Shown here piece after piece: positions 30,166 to 44,565 of a stretch of 64,000 bases of DNA (position 1 is its first letter; every line of letters starts with the position of its first letter). The position numbers and the translations under genes are program-made. The notes beneath the pieces were generated by a model, which was given only the letters and a program-made list of their open reading frames with translations, searched no databases and was not told the origin of the DNA. Location: positions 35,216,001 to 35,280,000 of the forward strand of contig OX597835.1 of assembly GCA_951406725.2 (NCBI GenBank), written 5' to 3'. This stretch comes from Octopus vulgaris. Lineage: Eukaryota.

Positions 30166-30374
30166 ATTATAGATATTTTTTTATCCTATTCATGTAAATC
30201 GAAAAAGGTTGTTTGATGCTAGGAAGGTTTGGCTGTTGTTTTTAGCAGGTCGATCGATTACATATTTTGGAATGCAAGAGAGGTGGGAGTGAAGGCGGAA
30301 GGATGGGGAGGGATGAGGAGAGATAAGGAGGGATGGAGAGGGATGAGGAGGGATGGGGAGGTTCACCATGTAAT

Positions 30375-30653
30375 TTAGTGGTGGTGATGATGACAATAGA
30401 ATTGGTGGAGTGGTGGAGGAGGTGGAGGTGGTGGTGAACACAATCGTCATATTAGTAGTGACAACAATGGTAGTGAGTTTGGTGATGATGATGATGATGA
30501 GGAGGAAGGTTATGGCGGTGGTGGTGGTTGTGATGGAGAGGATGATGACAACGATGACGACGACGACGACGTTGATGATGATAATAGTAATGATGGTGAT
30601 GAAGATTGTGGCGATGGTTGTGGTGATGGTGATGGTCGTGATAGTGGTGGTTG

Positions 30654-30699
<46 letters not shown>

Positions 30700-30985
30700 A
30701 CTGATGATAAAAATTGTGGCGATGGTTGTGGTGGTGATGATGGTGGTGATAGTGGTGGTGGTTGTGGCGATGGTTGTGGTGGTGATGGTGGTGGTGATAG
30801 TGGTGGTGGTTGTGGCGATGATGATGATGATGATGATGACGATGATGATGATGATGACGATGAGGATAATGACAATGATGATAAGTGATGATGATGATGA
30901 TGATGATGATGACGATGATGACGATGATGATGATGATGACGATGATGATGATGATGACGATGAGGATAATGACAATGATGATAAG

Positions 30986-31060
<75 letters not shown>

Positions 31061-31088
31061 CGATGAGGATAATGACAATGATGATAAG

Positions 31089-31124
<36 letters not shown>

Positions 31125-31178
31125 CGATGATGACGATGATGATGATGATAATGATGATGACGACGGTGATGGTGATGG

Positions 31179-31209
<31 letters not shown>

Positions 31210-31310
31210 AATCATGATGATGATAACGACGACGACAACAACAACAACGACAATGACGACTACGACAACGATCATGATGGCGATGCTGTTGCTGACGATG
31301 ACGATGATTT
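30375..31310. repeat. (GAT/GGT/GAC)n low-complexity tract with internal ~100-bp duplications
   Basis: GACGATGAGGATAATGACAATGATGATAAGT occurs three times. Confidence 0.9.
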
Positions 31311-31687
31311 TTGAAAGAAGCTGAAAGGTATGCAGACGCGCTGGCTGGATGCTGTTTGTCAGCAAATTTCCAAGATCAAATGTGTTTTGTTTCATTAACT
31401 CAGAAGTGATGGCGATGACGATGACGCCAGAAAGCAAGAAATGATGCAGAGAGACATCAGTGGACACGTGTAATGAATGGCGGGGATGATGGTGGTGGTG
31501 ATGGTGGTGATGGTGGAGTCCAATGATGACAGAGTACGGTGTGTAATTATATGTGTGCGTAGGTGTTGGTTGCGTGGAATATCTTTAATGATTTAATTCT
31601 GTGGATACATGTATGTATGTATGTATGTATGTATGTATGTATGTATGTATGTATGTTTGTATGTATGTATGTATGTATGTATGTATG

Positions 31688-31718
<31 letters not shown>

Positions 31719-31739
31719 GTTTGTATATATCTATGTATG

Positions 31740-31773
<34 letters not shown>

Positions 31774-32092
31774 TGTATGTATGTATGTATGTATATATGT
31801 ATGTACGTACGTATGTATGTATGTATATATGTATGTATGTATGATTGTATGTATGTATGTATGTATGTATGTATGTATGTTATGTATGTATATATGTATG
31901 TACGTAAATATGCACTCTTGTATTCTTTTACTTGTTTCAGTCATTTGATTGTGACCATGCTGGAGCACCGTCAAAAGGTTTTTTTTAGTCGAAGAAATCG
32001 ACACCAGGAATTATTCTTTGTAAGCCTTGTGAGTGGATTTGGTAGACTGAAACTGAAAGAAGCCCGTCGTATATATATATATATATATATAT

Positions 32093-32233
32093 ATTTATTA
32101 TATAGAAGGAGCTTCTACAGGGCTAGAACTGTTTCATTCAAGAGAAATCTTCAGGAAGCTTCAGGAGCTTCCTGAAGATTTCTCTTGAATGAAACAGTTC
32201 TAGTTCTGTAGAAGCTCCTTCTATATAATAAAT
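32093..32233. mobile_element. Palindrome (68-bp arms) made of two inverted hammerheads, inserted next to (TA)n
   Basis: 32093-32160 is the reverse complement of 32166-32233 with 2 mismatches. Confidence 0.8.
32164..32218 (+). ncRNA. Type-I hammerhead, C3:G8 core, GUA cleavage triplet (mirror copy on minus strand at 32108-32160)
   Basis: GGAGCTTC-CTGAAGA-T TTC tctt GAA T-GAAACAG ttctagtt CTGT-A-GAAGCTCC: 8-bp helix I, 4-bp helix III. Confidence 0.8.
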
Positions 32234-32302
32234 TAATTTTACTCTGCTATGTATTGAGTACCTTATTTACTGTGGTTAACCCCGAATCAACCCGGGACCT
32301 AC

Positions 32303-32347
<45 letters not shown>

Positions 32348-32351
<4 letters not shown>

Positions 32352-32532
32352 TCGTTAGCCACTAAACCCTTTTCTATTTTCTCTCATTGTTTCTTACTGT
32401 GTTTCTTTCTGTTGAAGAGCGTAGGCTCGAAACGTTAAAGACTTTCTCACTTCCTGAGCGTTAAACTAATACATCTGATTGTTGTTTACATACCCGTCTT
32501 CGTCTTTTGTTTCTTTTTGTAAATTCTCACTA
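32348..32532 (+). mobile_element. pLTR-like mini-element between (TA)n tracts with a hammerhead-like motif at 32404-32441
   Basis: TCTTT-CTGTTGA-A-GAGC gtag GCTC-GAAACGT-T-AAAGA (position 6 is T). Same family at 46997-47202. Confidence 0.65.
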
Positions 32533-32592
32533 TACATATATATATATATATATTTGGAAGAGGATGCGTGCATTCAATCATATAATAATACA

Positions 32593-32658
<66 letters not shown>

Positions 32659-32670
32659 GTATAAATATAT

Positions 32671-33172
32671 ATTGAAATTACACTTGCGCTCCATACTTTC
32701 TTTAACAGGTGAAAGCGGTCCTTGCCTTACTTATTCTCGTCTTAATATCTTCGTCGGTGCCGCCTGAAAGCGTTATCTTACTACCTAAATACGTAAACTC
32801 GGCTACATCCTCTAGTTCACCGGTTTCTAGTTTAATACCTTCGCTGTTTTCTTCATTAATGCGTATAATTTTTGATTTGTTGCGGTTGACTTTCAATCCT
32901 AGTTTGGCAGCTATTGCTTCTAATTTTGACATTTTATTTTGCATTTGGCTTTATGTTTCTGAAAGTAGCGCTATATCATCTGCAAAGTCGAGATCTCCTT
33001 GAGCTTCTGCATCTGTCCATTCAATGCTCGTTTGGCTTTTAATCATAGTTTCCTTCATAATCCAATCTATAACTAGTAGAAATAAAATGGGAGAAAGTAT
33101 ACAGCCCTGTCGAACTCCTGTTTTTACTTCGAATTTATCCGTAGCTCAGTTTCCATGCAAGACTCGGCATGA
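32671..33172 (-). pseudogene. RTE-clade LINE reverse transcriptase fragment (inverted 5' segment)
   Basis: Minus strand reads KFEVKTGVRQGCILSPILFLLVIDWIM...DLDFADDIALL...GLKVNRNKSK...FTYLGS...DIKTRISKARTAF, with stops and a frameshift. Confidence 0.85.
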
Positions 33173-33433
33173 CGAAAGAAAAAGTGGAAGTGGATTGGTA
33201 GCACAATTAGAAAAGACACAACAAATGTAGCGAGAAGTGCTTTACAGTGGATACTGGATGGATATATAAGGAGAGGTAGGCCTAGGAACTCGTGGCGTAG
33301 ATCAACACAAAAAGGACTAGAGAAATGGGGACATTCATGGCAGAGTATAAGTACAGAAACCAAAAATTATGCTACATGGAATTCAACTATAAGTGGTCAA
33401 TACTCCGTGTTGGAGGGTTAAAGGCATAAATAA

Positions 33434-33440
<7 letters not shown>
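33173..33440 (+). pseudogene. RTE-clade LINE C-terminus and 3' tail
   Basis: Plus strand reads RKKKWKWIGSTIRKD...ARSALQWILDGYIRRGRPRNSWRRS, then a (TAAA)n tail. Confidence 0.75.
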
Positions 33441-33481
<41 letters not shown>

Positions 33482-33521
33482 GCATATATACATACGTATA
33501 TGTACATACTTAAATCTATAC

Positions 33522-33568
<47 letters not shown>

Positions 33569-34324
33569 TATATCGGCACAGGACGTCAGGAAACGTGTAC
33601 AACAAAAAAAGTACGAAGCACGAGTACATGGACCATGAACTATTCTTTCAATCAACGAAAGACACAGATGGAAAACAAAACAAACAACATAAAGAACGAT
33701 CCTTCATCAGTTGTTGGCTGTTTTTCTAGTCCCTTATTTCGAGCATATAACAATATATGCTTTCGATAAAACAGTTGCTCCCGCAAAGCAAATTAAATAA
33801 TATTTGGGATTTTGCGGAGGGGCAAAATAGGTAATACAAACAGGACAGTGAAAACAAACAGGAAGGGCTGCTAAGCCTAAACGCGGTTCTGGTGACGGAC
33901 GCGTAAATCAAGCAAGGACAGGAGGCAAACAAGAACACGTTTTCCTTGTTACAGATACACGGAGAGAAAGAAAGAAAGATGGCCGACGGTCACGTGGGAG
34001 CCAAGTGAGCAAGGGAGAAGGAATGAGGGAGAGAGAGTGACAGAATAATAGGATAGAATAGCGGGAGAAAAAGAGGTAAAAGAATAAGAGAGAGAAAAAG
34101 AGAAAAACCAAAGAGTAAAAATATTGTATAGAGTGCGCATCAGAATTATTAAGATAACGCTTACATGGAAGAGGATGCGTGGCGTTCACACGCATATGTG
34201 TATGTATATATGTGTAAATAGAAACATATAAATACATCAATACACGGATACACATTTATAGAGGAAGACATATATATATGTATATATATATATGTGTATA
34301 TATGTATATATATATATATGTGTA

Positions 34325-34393
<69 letters not shown>

Positions 34394-34466
34394 GTAGGTT
34401 TACATGTACATTTGCATAAATATTACATTATATATACATATACATACACATATATATATATTTACA

Positions 34467-34596
<130 letters not shown>

Positions 34597-35019
34597 TAAT
34601 GAGAGAGAGTCCACATGTGGACTCTCTCTCATTACTTGTATTAATAATTTTTACTGTATCCCAGTTTATATACGCTAGGCCACTTGGTATTTTAAATTGA
34701 TGTTATTAATTAATATTCAATTTTTTCACCCTTATTGTGATTTTAATCATACATATATATGTATGTATATATTCATTTATTTATATATATATTCATTTAT
34801 TTATATGTAATAAAAGCTGTTTATTGCTTTCAATTAGTAAGTGCCTTCTAGATGGCAATAACCGGCAAATAATTTTGAGAATATATAACGATATCTTCAG
34901 CCTGTTTTGGACGCATAAATTATGATTACATTAATCGTCAGGTAACGTTATCTGTGCTTAAAATAAGCATTCTATAGTATCTTTTTATCGTACATTGTAT
35001 ATGAGGATACGTCCATGTT

Positions 35020-35090
<71 letters not shown>

Positions 35091-35095
<5 letters not shown>

Positions 35096-35902
35096 GAGAT
35101 AGGGGTTGAAAATTCAACCCACCATGGGATAATATATATCCAATATGCTGCTAGATAGGTACCCAACAAAATTAATACATAGATGTTAAAAATTGTCAAA
35201 CAATCAGTTCATCTATTGTATTATATGGGTAAAGGTAATAATATTACCGTAAATTAATATTACAAAATTAGAGAATGGAGAAACATACTTAAATCAGTAA
35301 AGCATCAACTATCCGATGATACTCAATCCATACTTTAATACACCATTACATATGAGTAAAGGCAATACATAAAATGAAATGAGATATACAGTAATAGTAA
35401 AAAGATAAAGAGATATAAGTAAAAAATTTTCAAATATAATATGCAAATAAATCAAAACTGACAGCTGTTTCGGCAGTGAGGACAGTCATACCTCATTTAA
35501 CCTATAAGCCATAAAGGCAGGTATAAATGAGGCATTAACAAGGATGCCCCACGGCCTCTTCAGAGAATTAAATTAAATTTGTTATAATAGTGAAAAATAT
35601 TATATAATCATATACATATAAATATAAAAATATAAAAATGTAAAATATAAAAACTTATACATCATAATGCTACACTTATATAATATAATACACATTTGTA
35701 CAAAAAAGGAAGGTAAACAGAACAAAATAAAACAAAATATATAACAGTGTATATATTAATATTAATAAGTACCGATATTATACATATTTGGCTAATAGTT
35801 TTTTTAAAAAAGGCTAACACATATGGAGATGAAAAATAATAATTAAATCCGTGGTACAGTTCATAAAATTCTAAAGCTATAAAAGTTAATAAAAATTACT
35901 AT

Positions 35903-35934
<32 letters not shown>

Positions 35935-35978
35935 TAATAAAAAAATTAAAAAAATAAAAAAATAATATTATTTTATTA

Positions 35979-36057
<79 letters not shown>

Positions 36058-36697
36058 AGTAATTTTTATTAACTTTTATAGCTTTAGAATTTTATGAACT
36101 GTACCACGGATTTAATTATTATTTTTCATCTCCATATGTGTTAGCCTTTTTTTAAAAAAAAACTATTAGCCAAATATGTATAATATCGGTACTTATTAAT
36201 ATTAATATATACACTGTTATATATTTTGTTTTATTTTGTTCTGTTTACCTTCCTTTTTTGTACAAATGTGTATTATATTATATAAGTGTAGCATTATGAT
36301 GTATAAGTTTTTATATTTTACATTTTTATATTTTTATATTTATATGTATATGATTATATAATATTTTTCACTATTATAACAAATTTAATTTAATTCTCTG
36401 AAGAGGCCGTGGGGCATCCTTGTTAATGCCTCATTTATACCTGCCTTTATGGCTTATAGGTTAAATGAGGTATGACTGTCCTCACTGCCGAAACAGCTGT
36501 CAGTTTTGATTTATTTGCATATTATATTTGAAAATTTTTACTTATATCTCTTTATCTTTTTACTATTACTGTATATCTCATTTCATTTTATATATTGCCT
36601 TTACTCATATGTAATGGTGTATTAAAGTATGGATTGAGTATCATCGGATAGTTGATGCTTTACTGATTTAAGTATGTTTCTCCATTCTCTAATTTTG

Positions 36698-36698
<1 letters not shown>
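35091..36698. mobile_element. Large palindromic element between (TA)n tracts: ~640-bp near-identical inverted arms joined through (TAA)n/(TTA)n
   Basis: 35262-35902 is the reverse complement of 36052-36698. The left copy extends a further ~170 bp to 35091. Confidence 0.85.
36396..36503 (+). ncRNA. Type-I hammerhead, C3:G8 core, long extended helix II, GUC triplet (mirror copy on minus strand at 35458-35565)
   Basis: CT-CTGAAGA-GGCCGTGGGG...[CCTCATTTA...TAAATGAGG]...CCTCACTGCC-GAAACAGCTGT-C-AG, with palindromic helix III ACAGCTGT. Confidence 0.75.
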
Positions 36699-36767
<69 letters not shown>

Positions 36768-36770
<3 letters not shown>

Positions 36771-37150
36771 CGCAGGAGTGGCTGTGTGGTAAGTATCTTG
36801 CTAACCAACCACATGGTTCCGTGTTCAGTCCCTTGGGCAAGTGTCTTCTGCTATAGCCCCGGGCCGACCAATGCCTTGTGAGTGGATTTGGTAGACGGAA
36901 ACTGAAAGAAGCCTGTCGTATATATATATATATATGTGTTTGTGTGTCTGTGTTTGTCCCCTTAGCATTGCTTCACAACCGATGCTGGTGTGTTTACGTC
37001 CCCGTCACTTAGCGGTTCGGCAAAAGAGACCGATAGAATAAGTACTGGGCTTATAAAAGAATAAGTCCCGGGGTCGAGTTGCTCGACTAAAGGCGGTGCT
37101 TCAGCATGGCCGCAGTCAAATGACTGAAACAAGTAAAAGAAAGAAAAGAA
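36768..37150 (+). mobile_element. Family A SINE
   Basis: Consensus match with a small deletion. Further diverged copies at 37320-37650 (+) and 37820-38098 (-). Confidence 0.9.
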
Positions 37151-37432
37151 TGTATATATATATAAATGTATGTGGGCGAATGTCTGCATAGTATTTATGA
37201 ATAGATACAATTTGTGCGTGTGTATATACACATACATACATACACACATATTTACATACACACACACACATACACACACACTCTCACACACATATATTTA
37301 TATATATATGCATGCGTGAAAGTGTGGTTAGAAGCTTGCTTCTCAATCGCATGTTGCCGGGTTCATTCCCACAGCGTGGTACCCTGGGCAAATGTTTTCT
37401 ACTATAGCCTCTCGGGCCGACCAAAGCCTTGT

Positions 37433-37506
<74 letters not shown>

Positions 37507-37646
37507 AGGTATGTATGTACATATATATGTGTGTGTGTTTGTGTGTTTGAAACCGATGTTGGTGTGTTTACGCCCCTGTAACTTAGCAGTTCGGCAAAAG
37601 TAATCAATAGAATAAGTACTTGGCTTACAAAGAATAAGTTCTGGGT

Positions 37647-37736
<90 letters not shown>

Positions 37737-37742
37737 AATCTA

Positions 37743-37774
<32 letters not shown>

Positions 37775-38158
37775 ATTATGTACTTACCTACCTACCTAGG
37801 ATTTGGTCTTTGTATGCTTTGTACTTATTTTATCGGTCTCTTTTCCCCAACCGCTAAGTTCGGTTGGCATTCGATAATGAGGAGACAAACACACAAGCAC
37901 GCACGTATGCACACACATACACACAAACACACATATGACGGGATTCTTCCAGTTTCCGTCTACAAAATCCGCTCATAAATCTTTGGTCGGCCCGAGGCTA
38001 TAGTACAAGACAATTGTTCGGTGTACCACGCAGTGGGACTGAACCTGGAACCCTGTGGTTGGGAAGCAAGCTTCTCACCACATAGCGACACCTGCGCCTA
38101 TTTGTACTTCTATATCTATATACGGCTCCATAAGTGTGTACACACATACACACACAGG

Positions 38159-38194
<36 letters not shown>

Positions 38195-38257
38195 GCTGTC
38201 TACAATGTATGTATGTGTTTGCGTATCTCTCTCTCTCCTGCTCTCCCCCTCCCTACT

Positions 38258-38292
<35 letters not shown>

Positions 38293-38349
38293 GTATACAC
38301 ACACACACAAAGCTGTATACGACGTAATATGTACTTATATATGTGTGCG

Positions 38350-38394
<45 letters not shown>

Positions 38395-39231
38395 GTACAC
38401 ACATATATGTATGTATAAATGTATATGTACATATATATATATATATATACATATATATATGTAAGTATGTAAGTATGTATATATATATACATCCACAGAA
38501 GTGTTTTGTATGCACGTGCGTGCGTGTGTGTATGTGTGTGCATGTGTGTGTGTGTGTGTGAGCACGAATCGAAAGTGATTGATAGAACGAGTGTGGGAAT
38601 GAGCGTATGAAAGAAAGAAAGATAGAAAAAACAGATACAGAGACAGAGAAAATGCAAATGAATGTATATCTAGAGGAAGAAGACAACAACAACAACAACC
38701 ACAACAAAAAATACAAAACAAAATAGCAGACAAACCAAAAAACAAAAAAAAACAAACTAAAACAAATACAAAACAAGAAAAAGAAAAACCTATAACTCAT
38801 AGAAAAACGAAGCATTGCTACCGAAGCCATAGAAAAATGGCGAAGAATCAAAAAGCCCAATATTTATAAACAGCAGCATTATTCTTGCATCTATGTTAGT
38901 TATTGCTTCATTTTGTGATAGCACTAAAAATGTTTACCATTATCGGAATGGATTAGTTTTTCGCTTTGCTCTTTCCAAAGAATCCGTTAAACTGTGTGAA
39001 ATTGTGTTGATTGAGAGAGAAACCACTTTGCTGTTACTTCTTAACATTCAAACGAAACCGATTGGTTGTTGTTCATAAAAGTAGCTGTAAAGTGATTAAC
39101 TCCGTCACTTTAAGTGGCGGCCATTTTATTTCAGGCTATCAACTTTTGTATGTGTCTATGCGTGTATGTATGTATGTATGTATGTATGTATGTACGTACG
39201 TATGTATGTATTCATATGCATATACACACAC

Positions 39232-39264
<33 letters not shown>

Positions 39265-39503
39265 TTGGTACATATATGTATATATGTAGTATGTAGAATA
39301 TAATGTAGTATGTAGTATATAAATGAATATATACATATGTATCTACTTGTCTTTAAAAGTCTTTCTCTCTCTTTCTCTCTCTGTCTCTCTCTCTCTCTCT
39401 GTCTGTTTGTATGTCTCTCATCTTCTTTAGCTCTTTCTCTCTCTCTCTCACTATCTCTCCCTCTGTCTGTCTGTCTCTCAGTCTGTCTGTCTGTCTGTCT
39501 GCC

Positions 39504-39589
<86 letters not shown>

Positions 39590-40053
39590 CATATCTATAT
39601 ATGTACATTTATTAGAAATATATGTATAGATATGTATATATATATATACGCGTATATATAATGGTATTTTTATATATCTATGCACATGTCTTCATTTCTC
39701 TCTCTGTTTCTCTCTCTCACCCTCTCTCTCCCCATCTCACTCGTTCTCTCTCGCTCTCCCTCTTCGTATAAATGTATATACATGCAAACAACCACATATG
39801 CATGTACATACATATCTACACATTTACCTATGAGTGTGCGTTTATATACACTCACGTAGATATTCTGAAAATTACAGAGTGTGCAGAAGTACAGTCGACA
39901 CATAAAATTGTGTGCTTTATTTATTCATTGAATGGAAGCTAAACCTTTTATCACACGCTAACCATCTGAATTCCCTAGAGATAAAACAGAATATGTATCT
40001 CTCTCTGTCCTCTATCACCATTCTTCCCGCTTTTTCTCTCTTCCTCTCTCGAT

Positions 40054-40085
<32 letters not shown>

Positions 40086-40306
40086 TGTATGTATGTATGT
40101 ATGTGTATGTATGTATGTGTGTGTATGCATATGTGTATGTATGTATGTATGCATGTATGTATGTATGTGTGTATGTATGTGTGTGTATATTTATATATAT
40201 ATATATATAAATAAATATATACATATACATATGAAATTATCTATCTATCTATCTATATGCATATACAATTATAAACATACATATATATACTTATATACAT
40301 ATACAA

Positions 40307-40392
<86 letters not shown>

Positions 40393-40787
40393 GAGGGCAT
40401 TATATACATGCCAGAAGGCATTATACATACATGCCAAACGCTAAGAGGGACAATTAGTCATTTCTACCAAAAATATTACTAATCCCACCGAATGCAATTT
40501 TTCAAAGTAAGACATTTAAAAAATATATAGACCTGTATCACAGTGATTTCATACTTACGTACTCATCTACCTGACAATTTCTTGTTAAGTTTTCCTTATT
40601 AAGTAGTTGTCCTTAATTGCTAAATTTTTATATATATATATATATATTGTACACATGCAAAAAAGCATATGTATATGCATACACACTCACACACACACAT
40701 ATATTTTTACATACACATACAGAGCACTAGACACAAGAACATCTATACTTAAATACATTCCCAAACGCATATATACATGCACACGCA

Positions 40788-40833
<46 letters not shown>

Positions 40834-40841
40834 CATATATG

Positions 40842-40938
<97 letters not shown>

Positions 40939-41349
40939 GCTTTATATACAGAGTATCTTTTCCTTGACCTAGTATTACAATAATAATGTACATTTTTGTT
41001 TTGGGCAACGTGAAAACATTTGTTTACGGCTGAAATACAAAACATTAGTGTATAGGTTCGAATCCAATTAAAGCTTAAATATTTTGCATTGTATTATCAA
41101 ACTGTCTCTCAGCTTGATGTGAATATTTGTATTACGCTTGGAAAGTATTTCAAGTTAAGCATTTCTTTGTGCGATTTTTCCCTCTTGTCTTCCCAGCATT
41201 TCCAGCATTCCGATGTGTTTTCGATACGATCCTCGTGCTGAATCGCTTCTTAGATGTTGTGCTCTTTTGTTATATCGACAGCGAAGGGATATCTGGACCG
41301 AGCGGTGCGTTTCTTTCCTTGAGCAACACACTTCATTTCAAGTTGCTGC

Positions 41350-41754
41350 TTGTTTGTTTGTTTGTTTGTGTATTTGTTGAGCGAAGCGGTCTTCGTTCCA
41401 GAGCTCGCACGATCGCTAGTGGGAGAAGTCCGAAACGTGGTCCTTTCCTATTCGTAAGACCCGCAGAAGAGAAAGCAGGTCAACCCCTGACACCGAGAGC
41501 ATCGACGGATGGGTGAATGCGCATCCAGGCTCAACGGTTGCGTAGGAAGTCGGAGACAAGAAACAGAAAGAAAGAGTGAGAGAAAGTTGGAGCGAAATTG
41601 TACAACAGGGGTCACCACCTGCCCCTGCCGGAGCCTCGTGGAGCTTTAGGTATTTTCGCTCAATTAACACACACAACGCCCGGTCTGGGAATCGAAACCG
41701 CGATCCTCCGACCGCGAGTCCGCTGCCCTAACCACTGGGCCATTGCGCCTCCAC
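41350..41754 (-). mobile_element. Family C SINE with TSD, nested in an older SINE (~41290-41910, +)
   Basis: Reverse complement of 2027-2431. TSD TTCAAGTTGCTGC / TTCAAGTTACTGC. The host carries TTGAGCAACACACTTCATTTCA and a V-domain-like AACCCTGTGATGGACTAGCGTCCC. Confidence 0.85.
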
Positions 41755-41993
41755 TTCAAGTTACTGCTGTCTGCTCTGCTGCCATTGGATTAGCTGTAGT
41801 TGGGGAGTTAACCCTGTGATGGACTAGCGTCCCCTTCATTATGGTAATGGTGGGGTGTTGTAATCTCAGTCATTTACATATGATGGAAATTGTGCGAAGC
41901 TCCAGCTTTGTAGGTCCTGAGGCACATGACAGGTGTAAGAACTCTTGGACAATTAATGAAGTTGAATTATAGAAAATATAGAGTTTCCCAGTT

Positions 41994-42214
41994 ACTCTTT
42001 TACTCTCATACTTGTTCCAATCATTTGACTGTGGCCATGCTGGAGCACCGCCTTTAGTCGAGCAAATCGACCCCGGGACTTATTCTTTGTAAGCCCAGTA
42101 CTTATTCTATCGGTCTCTTTTGCCGAACCGCTAGGTGATGGGGACGTAAACACACCAGCATCGGTTGTCAAGCAATACTAGGGCGGACAAACACAGACAC
42201 ACAACCACATACAA

Positions 42215-42247
<33 letters not shown>

Positions 42248-42384
42248 CATACATATATACGACGGGCTTCTTTCAGTTTCCGTCTACCAAATTCACTAAA
42301 CACTTGCCCAAGGTGCCACGCAGTGGGACTGAACCCGGAACCATGTGGCTGGTAAGCAAGCTACTTATCACACATTCACTCCTA
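41994..42384 (-). mobile_element. Family A SINE with internal deletion
   Basis: Reverse complement of the consensus. Confidence 0.85.
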
Positions 42385-43054
42385 CACACACACAGTTATG
42401 TATAAACATATCATTATAGCTTTTATCATCGACTGGTCTCAGTCATTGGACTGTGGCCATGGTGCAGAATGTTTAAATGGTTAAATGTTCACAAAATTCA
42501 CTGACAGGGGTAGATAATATCAAAAAAGGATCGGTGAAGAATATAAAAAAATTAAAGAGCGTAATTGGTACTTAATTTATCTACCTCGAAAGGATGAAAG
42601 GCAAAGTTAATCCCTTTGTCTGTCCTTGTTTGTTCCCTCTAAAGAAATAGGTATTTCGTCTATCTTTACGTTCTGAGTTCAAATTCCGCTGAGGTCGACT
42701 GTGCCTTTAATACTTTCGGGGTCGATAAATTAAGTACCAGTTGCGTACTGGGGTCGATATAAACGACTGGGCGCCTTCCCAGAAATTTCGGGCCTTGTGC
42801 CTAGAGTAGAAAAGGAGATTGTTGGTTCAAGTCCTGTCGTATGCATTTCACTCAGATATGAAAATAAGGAAAAACTACATTTCATTAAGGTTTGTTGCAG
42901 GTTTGGCAACGTAGTTGTACCAAAGCTAGGGAGATATCAAAGGTTTCCATGTACACATACACGCATACAGACAAACAGACAGACAAATAGACAGACAAAC
43001 ACAGTACATATATACATATATACATTCAAACGTACCGGAAATATATATATCTGT

Positions 43055-43092
<38 letters not shown>

Positions 43093-43225
43093 ACACACAT
43101 GCTGATGTACACATATGCATAAATATTTTTCGAAAATATAATTATAATTTGCGAAAAATGTTCACTCATTACCGTTCCATAACTTAGCGCAAACGCACGT
43201 TTACACATATATATGTATATGCATA

Positions 43226-43304
<79 letters not shown>

Positions 43305-43631
43305 ATTAAATATACACAAGTATATATATATATATTGGTTTTTTTTGGTATTAACTATATATATATGTATGTATGTATATATTCATATATACCGTCCTTG
43401 TTTCGTATACATTCGAAGCTTTTTTCCAAGGAATCTAATGCTCTTACCTTAGTTTTTCTTTGGGGCTGGCCAGATTGGAGCAATCTTAAGATTAATCAGC
43501 CGAAATTGCGAGGATGATCCGGTTCTTGACTGAAGATTAAAGGTTTCGAATGACCTATGTCTGTGTTTTTTGTATCGTCTTCTGGATGTTTTACGTTCTT
43601 GTCCCATTTTGTATATATTTTATATCTTCAT

Positions 43632-43692
<61 letters not shown>

Positions 43693-43986
43693 TACATATA
43701 TATATAGTCCTTGGTAAATTAACCTTTCTGCCGGACCAGCGATAGTCTGATGATAATTATTCATCAACACACCTCTATAACCTCTTAATTATACACCTCT
43801 CATTTTTTCTAAAATACCACCAACTATATTACAAATTTACGTACTGAAACACCCACGTTCCAGTTTCCTCGGATCGATATCGATTGGTGATTAGGTTCAT
43901 CTGTACCGATAATGATCTCTGTTCTTGTACCTGTAGTAGCCATTGTTAACACTTGTAGAGTGAATAATGCATGTAAATATACGGTA

Positions 43987-44565
43987 CGAGGTCTGATCGA
44001 AAAGTACTGAATCTGTCGCTATGGTAACGGGAGATAAAGTACGCAGAGTGAAGCCGCTGAACTCTGTCGCGCATGCATATTGAGTTATAACATCCTCGCT
44101 CACTTCTGTTGTTTATAACAGTGCTTGGAGGTAAAGTGTGTAGAGTGTGGTCGTCTCACCACACTACAGAAGTCCCATCATTGACCATGCCTGAGAAAAT
44201 GTGTGTGTGTAGGGATGAGTATGTGCAAATAAGTGCGTGGAAAGACATACGGCTTGAGGGTTATTAGGGTCAAGAATTTTGCTAAAAATTAAATCTCTTT
44301 TGAAAGGAGCATAATTGCAAGATGTCAAGCTGTCAAGATGTCAAGATGTCAAGATGTCAAGAAAATCAAGGAGAATGCCACGAGGCAGGTGTACACCATC
44401 CCCTCAAAAAGGAGTTCCAGGAATGCTTCCATCAATGGAAACGACGCTGGATAAAGTCTGTGACTTCAGAAGGGGATTACATTGAAGGGGTTTAAATGCC
44501 GAATTGTTATGTGTTGTATTTTTCTTTTTATAACCCCAGTCCCGATACTCTATGATCGGACTCCG
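43987..44565 (+). mobile_element. Internally deleted mariner transposon
   Basis: TA-flanked degenerate TIRs CGAGGTCTGATCGAAAAGTA / TACTCTATGATCGGACTCCG. Transposase C-terminus KIKENATRQ...KEFQECFHQWKRRWIKSVTSEGDYIEG* at ~44360-44496. An 8-bp CAAGATGT tandem amplification sits inside. Confidence 0.8.

Noticed and set aside
30190-31467. 425-aa ORF with hydrophobic N-terminus
   Set aside because: (CAT/CAC)n low-complexity tract, open in several frames.
40985-41052. Good-looking minus-strand splice acceptor (CACTAAT...TTTTGTATTTCAG)
   Set aside because: No convincing donor or recognisable peptide. It cannot be called an exon without RNA-seq.
43744-43766. CTGATGA followed by TCATCA
   Set aside because: Simple hairpin with no GAAA or helix III, so not a hammerhead.
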